Shown in pieces: positions 57,395 through 64,000 of a stretch of DNA of 64,000 nt. Position 1 is the stretch's first letter, and every line of letters starts with the position of its first letter. Under the pieces are notes generated by a model, which was not told the DNA's origin, did no database searches, and saw only the letters and a list, made by a program, of their open reading frames with translations. Location: contig BTUM01000007.1 of NCBI GenBank assembly GCA_045863235.1, positions 1 through 64,000 on the forward strand, read 5' to 3'. Source of the DNA: Candidatus Xenobia bacterium (lineage in GTDB: Bacteria; Vulcanimicrobiota; Xenobia; Xenobiales; QWHO01). Position numbers and translations under genes: made by a program.

Positions 57395-59589
57395 GATCTT
57401 TCTACCGCTCCTGTCGTCGCTGAATGATTTTCTACCGCTCCTGTCGTCGCTGATTTTTCTACCGCTCCTGTCGTCGCTGACTTCTTCTCCATGGCAAAGG
57501 TCTTGATCAGGAAGGTATAGATGTCCGCCGCCTCCTCGATCACTTTGGAGGTGGGCTTGCCACCGCCGTGGCCAGCCTTCGTTTCGACCCGGATCAAGAT
57601 GGGCGCCGGGCCGCCCTGGGCGGCCTGCAGAGCGGCAGCGAACTTCTTGGCGTGCGCCGGCACCACCCGGTCGTCGGTATCTGCCGTGGTGATCAGCAGC
57701 GGCGGGTACTTGGCGCCTTGCTTGACGTGGTGCAGTGGCGAGTAAGCATGGAGGAACTTGAACTGCTCCGGGTCGTCCGAGCTTCCGTACTCGGGGACCC
57801 AGAAGCGACCGACGGTAAACTTGTGGTAGCGCAGCATGTCGACGACGGGCACCTGGCAGACGGCTGCCCCGAAGAGGTAGGGTCGCTGGGTGACCATGGC
57901 GGCCACCAGCAGGCCACCGTTGCTGCCTCCGTTGCAGGCCAGTCGGTCGGGCCGGGTGTAGCCTTCCTTGATCAGGGTCTCGGCGCAGGCGATGAAGTCG
58001 TCGAAGACGTTCTGCTTCTTGCCCAGCATGCCGGCCTGGTGCCACTCCTCGCCATACTCGTTGCCACCGCGAAGGTTGGCCACCACCAGGACGCCCCCAT
58101 TCTCGAGCCACACCAGTCGGCTGGCCGAGAACGAAGGGGTCAGGCTGATGTTGAAGCCGCCGTAGGCGTAGAGCAGGGTCGGGTTGCTCGAATCGAGCTT
58201 GAGGTCCTTGCGAGCGGTGACGAACATCGGCACTTTGGTGCCGTCCTTGCTGGTGGCAAAGATCTGCTTCGTCTGATAGGCATCGAAGTCGAAGGCCACC
58301 CTGGGCTGTCGAAAGATGCTGAGCTGGCCGGAAGGAACTTCATAACGGTAGCTGGTCTGGGGCACCAGGAAGGAAGCGAAACCCAGGAACATCTCCCTGT
58401 CGGTGCGCTTGCCGGACATTCCGTTCACGGTCCCCAGCCCCGGCAGGGGAAGCTCGCCCAGAGACTTGCCCTCGAGGTCGTACATTTTGACCACGTGGCG
58501 CGCGTCCCGCATGGCGGCCACGAACAGCCGATTGTTCACCATGGCTACGTAGTCGATCACGTCTGAAGACTGCGGCACGATGGTGCGGGGGGGCGTTCTC
58601 TTGCTCGGGTCCATGGTGATGATGCGGCCGCGGGGCGCTTGAAGGTCGGTGTGCAGGTAGACGGTGCTGCCAACGTTGTCGATGACGTTGTAGAGAGCCT
58701 CCTCCTTGTCGACCAGCTTGATCATCGGCGAGCCCGGCTTGCTCAGGTCCTGGCAGTAGAGCATGTTCTTCGGGTCGGTACCGCGATTGACATAGAGGAA
58801 CAGGTAACGCCCGTCATCGGTGACGGCTGGCGTGAACAGCAGCTCCTTGTCCTGAGGGTAGTCGTAGATCAGTTTGTCGGTCGACTGGGGAGTGCCCAGC
58901 TTGTGAAAGAAGACTTTGTTGTAGCTGTTCTCGTCCTCTTTGGCCACCGTGCCCGGCTCGGGGAAGCGGTTGTAGTAGAACCCCTGGCTGTCAGAGGTCC
59001 AGCCCACCGAGGTGAACTTGCACCACTTGAGGGACTCGGCCAGATCGGTGCCGGTATCCACCTGGCGAACCTTGACCTCCTGTTGATCCGAGCCGGAGGC
59101 CTGAATGCCGTAAGCCATGAGCTTGCCATCGGGGCTGACCTTGTGGATCGAAGTGGAGACCGTGCCGTCGGCGCTCATCGCGTTGGGGTCGAGCACCACC
59201 CTGGGCTCGGCCGTGTCGCCGGTCAGCATATAGAGCACCGACTGGTTCTGCAGCCCATTGTTCTTGAAGTAGAAAGTGCGCCCCCCCTCACGGAAGGGAA
59301 GGCTGTAGCGCTCAAAGTTCCAGATCTCGGTCAGGCGCTTCTTGAGACGATCGAAGGTGGGCCCGGCATGCAGGTAGCTGAAGGTGAGCTGATTCTGGGC
59401 CTCGACCCAGGTGCGGGTGGCCTCCGAGTCGGGATCCTCCAACCAGCGGTAAGGGTCGCTGACGCTGGTGCCGTGATAGACATCCACCACGTCGCCCCGG
59501 GGCGATTGGGGGTACTTCCATGGCTCTTCAGAGACGCTAACGCTCGCCAGCGTCACGACCAGGGCCAGAATGGAGCAAAGGCGCTTCAA
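57391..59589 (-). CDS. secreted prolyl oligopeptidase (S9A)
   Basis: DPYRWLED, GGSNGG, DDRVVPAH, AGHGGGKP. Confidence 0.92.
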   Translation of the reverse strand: MKRLCSILALVVTLASVSVSEEPWKYPQSPRGDVVDVYHGTSVSDPYRWLEDPDSEATRTWVEAQNQLTFSYLHAGPTFDRLKKRLTEIWNFERYSLPFREGGRTFYFKNNGLQNQSVLYMLTGDTAEPRVVLDPNAMSADGTVSTSIHKVSPDGKLMAYGIQASGSDQQEVKVRQVDTGTDLAESLKWCKFTSVGWTSDSQGFYYNRFPEPGTVAKEDENSYNKVFFHKLGTPQSTDKLIYDYPQDKELLFTPAVTDDGRYLFLYVNRGTDPKNMLYCQDLSKPGSPMIKLVDKEEALYNVIDNVGSTVYLHTDLQAPRGRIITMDPSKRTPPRTIVPQSSDVIDYVAMVNNRLFVAAMRDARHVVKMYDLEGKSLGELPLPGLGTVNGMSGKRTDREMFLGFASFLVPQTSYRYEVPSGQLSIFRQPRVAFDFDAYQTKQIFATSKDGTKVPMFVTARKDLKLDSSNPTLLYAYGGFNISLTPSFSASRLVWLENGGVLVVANLRGGNEYGEEWHQAGMLGKKQNVFDDFIACAETLIKEGYTRPDRLACNGGSNGGLLVAAMVTQRPYLFGAAVCQVPVVDMLRYHKFTVGRFWVPEYGSSDDPEQFKFLHAYSPLHHVKQGAKYPPLLITTADTDDRVVPAHAKKFAAALQAAQGGPAPILIRVETKAGHGGGKPTSKVIEEAADIYTFLIKTFAMEKKSATTGAVEKSATTGAVENHSATTGAVERS
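57399..57480 (-). repeat. three tandem 25-bp cores (27/30-bp period) at the prolyl oligopeptidase/bglX junction
   Basis: TTTCTACCGCTCCTGTCGTCGCTGA at 57399, 57429 and 57456. Confidence 0.9.
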
Positions 59590-59719
59590 GGCAGGACCTC
59601 CTGTTTGGGGTCGCCTCCCCTTTGCGGCCCCGCCAGAGGTTCCTCGTGCCCGGGCAAGATTTTTCTCGGCTGGCCCGGGTAGCGAGGAGCGCAGCCGGAA
59701 ATCCTCTCTTACAGGTTTG

Positions 59720-60868
59720 TCAGTGCGGACTCTTGCAGGGCAAACTAGCTACTACGGCGGGGCCCGGGGTCATGAGGGCCTGGGCTGACTCCGCGATGAA
59801 GGCGTCTGTCAGGCGCATGGCCTCCTCATCGCTGAGCTGGCGGGGCGGGTGCTTCATGAAGTAGGCGCAGGGACCCTCCAGCGGACCTCCCAGCCCGCGC
59901 TGGAGGGCCAGTTTGGCGCAGCGCAGGGCATCGATCACCACTCCGGCGCTGTTGGGTGAATCTTGCACCGACAGGCGCAGCTCCAACTCCATGGGCACGT
60001 CCCCGAAACCCTGGGCCTCGAGCCGGATGAAGGCCAGTTTGTTGTCCTTCTGCCAGGGCACATAATCACTGGGTCCGATGTGGATGTCCCCCGCCTCGAG
60101 CGGTTTGCGCAGTTGCGACTGCACCGACTCGGTCTTGGAGCGCTTCTTGGACTTCAGCCGACGGCGCTCGAGCATGTTGAGGAAGTCGGTATTCCCGCCG
60201 GTATTGAGCTGGTAGGTCCGCAAGACTTTGACCCCGCGAGAGGTAAACAACCGCGCCAACTGGCGGTGCAGGATGGTTGCTCCCACCTGGCTCTTGATGT
60301 CATCGCCCACAATGGGCAGGCTGGCTTTGCGGAATCGTTCCGCCCAGGTCGGGTCGGAGGCGATGAAGACCGGAACGCAGTTCACCATGGCGACTCTTGC
60401 CTTCAGGCAGGCGCTGGCATAGTGCTCCACGGCGCGCTCGGAGCCGACCGGAAGGTAGCACAAGAGCACTTCGGCCCCGCTCGCTTGGAGCACTTCGGCC
60501 ACATCGACCGGCTCGGTGTTGGCAGGCCGGAAGGCCTCCGACTCGGGATAATCCTCCATATGGGGCGCCACGCCGTCCAGTACCGGACCCATGCAAACTC
60601 GCACTCCGCTGGCCGGGATCTGGGCCTGGAAGACCCGGGTGCAATTTGGGGGGGCGAAGATGGCCTCCTCGAGCGGCCGCCCAACCTTGCGCTGGTCCAC
60701 GTCGAAAGCGGCCACGAACTCCACATCGCCCACTCCCCACGGCCCGATCCGAGGATGCATCAGCCCGGCGTAGGAGTCGCTCTCCTTGCCACGGTAGTAC
60801 TCCACTCCCTGAACCAGAGAGCTGGCGCAGTTCCCTACCCCAGCGATGGCCACACGGATCTTCGACAT
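59720..60868 (-). CDS. ino1: myo-inositol-3-phosphate synthase
   Basis: IRVAIAGVGNCASSLVQG, YLPVGS, GDDIKSQVGAT, GGNTDFLNM, DSPNSAG. Confidence 0.93.
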   Translation of the reverse strand: MSKIRVAIAGVGNCASSLVQGVEYYRGKESDSYAGLMHPRIGPWGVGDVEFVAAFDVDQRKVGRPLEEAIFAPPNCTRVFQAQIPASGVRVCMGPVLDGVAPHMEDYPESEAFRPANTEPVDVAEVLQASGAEVLLCYLPVGSERAVEHYASACLKARVAMVNCVPVFIASDPTWAERFRKASLPIVGDDIKSQVGATILHRQLARLFTSRGVKVLRTYQLNTGGNTDFLNMLERRRLKSKKRSKTESVQSQLRKPLEAGDIHIGPSDYVPWQKDNKLAFIRLEAQGFGDVPMELELRLSVQDSPNSAGVVIDALRCAKLALQRGLGGPLEGPCAYFMKHPPRQLSDEEAMRLTDAFIAESAQALMTPGPAVVASLPCKSPH

Positions 60869-61036
60869 CGAACGGTGCTCCTTTGACTCCCCCGCGTCCC
60901 TCGCGACGAAGCATTGTGCCGGCAGTATAGCTGTTCGGCCCTGGAGAATCAATGCGTGAGGCAAGAGCCCGCGAAGGACGCATGAGTTAACCTTTCGGAT
61001 CTCGCCCAGGCTGCCCGGGTACGCTATCTTGCCCAG

Positions 61037-61546
61037 GTGCAGGTCAACCCGGCAATCGACACGGTCATGCCCGAATCGGGGCCCGGCTTTCGCACGTACA
61101 ACCGCGAGCCGGGCGGGACCGACCAGTACGGGCTCGAGACCACCATCGACTTCTTCGTGGAGTTGGGCGACGAGTGGGAAGAGCGGCATGAAGTGCCCTT
61201 TCAGGTGGGCGACATCAGCCGACGCGGAGGAGGCCCCTTCCCGCCTCACGCCACCCATCGCAACGGCAACGACGTCGACCTGCGTCCGTTTCGACGGGAC
61301 GGCGAGATGGCCCCCACCGACATCTTCGACCTGGCCTACGATCAAGACGCCACCCGTGAGTTCGTGGAGCTGGTGAAAGAGCGCAACCCTCGCGCCATCG
61401 TGCTCTTCAATGATCCGCAACTGATCCACGAAGGCCTGACGCGTTACTCGCGAGGCCATTACAACCATCTGCACGTGCATCTGCCCCTGGAGGGCTCAGA
61501 TCCGGATGATTACCTCATCTGCTCGTGTCAGCATGAGCAGCACTGA
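61037..61546 (+). CDS. MepA/M15-like zinc metallopeptidase (murein endopeptidase-like)
   Basis: VGDISRRGGG, HATHRNGNDVD, GHYNHLHV. Confidence 0.75.
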   Translation: MQVNPAIDTVMPESGPGFRTYNREPGGTDQYGLETTIDFFVELGDEWEERHEVPFQVGDISRRGGGPFPPHATHRNGNDVDLRPFRRDGEMAPTDIFDLAYDQDATREFVELVKERNPRAIVLFNDPQLIHEGLTRYSRGHYNHLHVHLPLEGSDPDDYLICSCQHEQH

Positions 61547-61611
61547 GTCAACGCGCGGGACCTCATGCAAACGTCCTCGATGGCTGATGCAATAGCCCTT
61601 ATCGTGCTAAT

Positions 61612-62127
61612 CTAGTTTCCCCCGCGACGAGCCAGCAGATCGAGCATGGCCTGGTTGCCGGCGGCCAGATCGAAGGCGCTGCGGCCCCGATTGTCGACCA
61701 GCCCCACGGCGGCTCCCCGTTGCAGGAGCAAGGCCACGACTTCGGTGTGTCCCTCCGTCACCGCCTCCATCAGCGCGGTCCGACCTCGGTGGTTGTGGGC
61801 GTTGATGAAGGCACCCCAGTCAAGCAGCAGGGCCACGACATCCCGGCGTCCCTCCTCGGCCGCCTCGATCAGGGCCGTCTCACCCTCATCGTCGTGCAGG
61901 TTGGGTCGGGCGCCCTGCTCGAGCAGCCAGCGCACCACCTCCAGATGGCCTTCCTCGGCCGCTTCCATCAAAGCGGTCTCGCCTTCATCGTCTCGACAGT
62001 CGACTCGCACGTGAATTCGGGACATGGTTTGCAGGTCACCCGCTTCGGCGGCCTCCAGGAAGCGCTCGGCGGGACTGGCCAGGGCAGGGGCCACGAGGGC
62101 CACGAGAATCAGCAGGGTGTTTCGCAT
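61612..62127 (-). CDS. secreted ankyrin-repeat protein
   Basis: Signal peptide followed by repeated GETALMEAAEEGH..VV..LL..GA. Confidence 0.88.
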   Translation of the reverse strand: MRNTLLILVALVAPALASPAERFLEAAEAGDLQTMSRIHVRVDCRDDEGETALMEAAEEGHLEVVRWLLEQGARPNLHDDEGETALIEAAEEGRRDVVALLLDWGAFINAHNHRGRTALMEAVTEGHTEVVALLLQRGAAVGLVDNRGRSAFDLAAGNQAMLDLLARRGGN

Positions 62128-64000
62128 GCCTCGGGCCTTCGCGCCCCTGACTCCAGAACCTCGCGCAGAGCATTGGCCGCCAGGGATAGCTGCTCATCGC
62201 TGTGCTGGCAGGTGACGAAGAATCGCAGCCGGGTGCTTTCTTCTCCCACTGCGGGGTAGAGGATGGGCAGCGCGTGCACTCCCCGCTCGTGCAGCCCGGC
62301 GGTGGCTTCCACCGTCTCCTGCAGGGTGGGGAAGAGTACCGGGATGACGGGTGTGCCCTGGCTGGTGCCGGTGTTGCCGCCGGCCTCCTGCAGTCGCTCC
62401 AGAAGGAAAGCCGCTCGCGCTCGCAGTCGGTGGACTCGCTCCGGCTCGCGCTGCAGAATGCCCAGGGCGGCCAGGGCGGCCGCCGCCGAGGCGGGCGGCA
62501 TGCCCACGCTGTAGACAAATCCGGGAGCGGTGAGCTTGAGGTAAGTGATCAGGGCCTGCGAGCCGGCCACGTAGCCGCCGCAACTGGCCAGCGCCTTGGA
62601 GAGCGTGCCCATCCACACGTCCACGCGGCCCGGCTCCACCCCCCAGTGCTCGGCCAAGCCCCGTCCGGATGCTCCCAGCACTCCCAGCGAGTGGGCCTCA
62701 TCCACCATCAGCAGAAAGCCATGTCGCTCCTTCAGCTGTAACAGTGCCGAGAGATCCGACAGGTCGCCATCCATGCTGTAGATTCCCTCCACCACCACCA
62801 GGGCTCGCCGATGCCCGGAGCGGTGGCGCGCCAGCAGCTTGTCCAGCGCCTCCAGGTCGTTGTGGGGGAAGGCCAGCTGCCTGGCTCCGCTCAGTCGGGC
62901 TCCCTGCAGCACGCTGTCGTGGATCAGGCCGTCGTGCAGCACCAGGTCACCGGGCCCCACGAGGCAAGCCAGCAGAGATACGTTGGTGGCGTGGCCGCTG
63001 ACCAGCGTCAGGCAGGCTTCGACACCGAGGAAGGCGGCCAGCGAGCGCTCCAGCTCCTCGTGCACGGGACGCTGGCCGGACACCAGACGCGAGGCAGAGG
63101 CCGAGGTGCCCCAGCGCTCCAGAGCCTGCACGGCGGCCTGGCGAACTTCGGGATGTCCGTTCAAGCCCAGGTAGTTGTAGCTCGAGAAGCTGAGCATCCG
63201 GCGCCCCTTGACCTCGGTCCAGGGGCCGCCGTCGCAGTCGTGGGTGTGCAGGTAGGGAACCTGCCACCCCCGCTCCTCGAAGTCTGCGATGCGGTCGAGC
63301 ATCGCGAGCACCTCGGGGAATTGGCTCAGGTCGTTCTGGGCCGTCAACTGAGCCTGCTGACCCAGTTCCTCCAAGAGCTGGCCTACCGTCGGGCGGCACT
63401 TCCAGAAATCGAGCGAGGGAGCACGCCCCAGCGATGCCTGCAGCTGCGCGTGCAACTGGGTCAGCATGAGCGAGTCGAATCCCAGGTGGGTGCTCAGGCT
63501 CTGGCGGCGCGTGATCTGCTCGCGGGGAAAGCCCCCCACTCGGGCCACCAGCGCCAGCACCGTCTCGTCCGACCGGTCGGCCGAGGGAGCCGGCAGAACG
63601 GAAAACTCGACCTCGGCGAGCTCCTCGGGCGGGGGATCGATCACCCAGTAGCGCTGCCGCTCGAGGGGCACGACCGGCAGGTTCACCAGCTGTCTACCCG
63701 GATACAGCCCGCTGAGCTCGATCGGATGACCCAGGGAATGGGCCAGGCCCAGGGCCAGCAGCTCGTGGCCCGGTCGGGCCAGCGACAGGGCCAGCTCGCC
63801 CGGAGCCTCGGCCCAGACGCACTGGCACAGCCCATCGCTGGGGCCCAGCTCGAGCCAGAAGGCAGGCTGGCTCTGGAGAGCCGCGGCCAGGGCGGGATGA
63901 AAGTCGGCCGGCAGGCTGGCCTGAGGATCGGCCTCCTGAACTAGCGGCGTGTGGTAGGCGTAGCGTCGATTCAGCACCCGGTAGGGGACCTCGCGCTCCT
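62109..64000 (-). CDS. 3' part of a type I PKS-like protein: AT C-terminus, ACP, then PLP-dependent alpha-oxoamine synthase (BioF/SPT-like); 5' end outside the window
   Basis: YAYHT (AT motif), PLERQRYW linker, LGFDSLM (ACP Ser), FSSYNYLGL, YSMDGD, DEAH, GTLSKA; frame stays open to the window edge. Confidence 0.85.
   Translation of the reverse strand, partial: EREVPYRVLNRRYAYHTPLVQEADPQASLPADFHPALAAALQSQPAFWLELGPSDGLCQCVWAEAPGELALSLARPGHELLALGLAHSLGHPIELSGLYPGRQLVNLPVVPLERQRYWVIDPPPEELAEVEFSVLPAPSADRSDETVLALVARVGGFPREQITRRQSLSTHLGFDSLMLTQLHAQLQASLGRAPSLDFWKCRPTVGQLLEELGQQAQLTAQNDLSQFPEVLAMLDRIADFEERGWQVPYLHTHDCDGGPWTEVKGRRMLSFSSYNYLGLNGHPEVRQAAVQALERWGTSASASRLVSGQRPVHEELERSLAAFLGVEACLTLVSGHATNVSLLACLVGPGDLVLHDGLIHDSVLQGARLSGARQLAFPHNDLEALDKLLARHRSGHRRALVVVEGIYSMDGDLSDLSALLQLKERHGFLLMVDEAHSLGVLGASGRGLAEHWGVEPGRVDVWMGTLSKALASCGGYVAGSQALITYLKLTAPGFVYSVGMPPASAAAALAALGILQREPERVHRLRARAAFLLERLQEAGGNTGTSQGTPVIPVLFPTLQETVEATAGLHERGVHALPILYPAVGEESTRLRFFVTCQHSDEQLSLAANALREVLESGARRPEACETPC

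Noticed and set aside
57399..57480. Mini CRISPR array
   Set aside because: Only 2-5 nt between repeats, inside a coding region, and no cas genes.

Overview
High-GC bacterial chromosomal window. The left ~25 kb is a defence-island-like region. It holds an AlbA/Schlafen-HATPase-HTH gene split by an in-frame TAG, then a ~20 kb co-directional minus-strand run: SNF2 helicase, degenerate Mre11/SbcD-like protein, Rad50-like ATPase, a type-6-like BREX locus (brxE-brxA-brxB-brxC-pglZ-brxD-brxHI) and a coupled NERD-helicase. The BREX locus has no pglX methyltransferase; brxC overlaps pglZ directly. The rest is mostly housekeeping and secreted-enzyme genes: sulfatase, serine hydrolase, pgi, tRNA-Gly/Cys/Val, an orphan DNA methyltransferase, FitA/VapC, sbcCD with substituted catalytic motifs, PLD, a Ser/Thr kinase, pepF, GH3, prolyl oligopeptidase, ino1 and the 3' part of a PKS-ACP-alpha-oxoamine synthase fusion. 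Below the ORF-track cutoff there is a probably leaderless poly-cysteine micro-ORF (MMRYIQDAPFFAASSYRCCCLCCCCR). Its Cys codons can pair with the ribosome-binding site of a downstream gamma-glutamyl hydrolase, which suggests a cysteine-sensing translational attenuator. A small family of MITE-like elements sits at YTAG sites overlapping stop codons. All family assignments come from motif recognition by eye; no searches were run.
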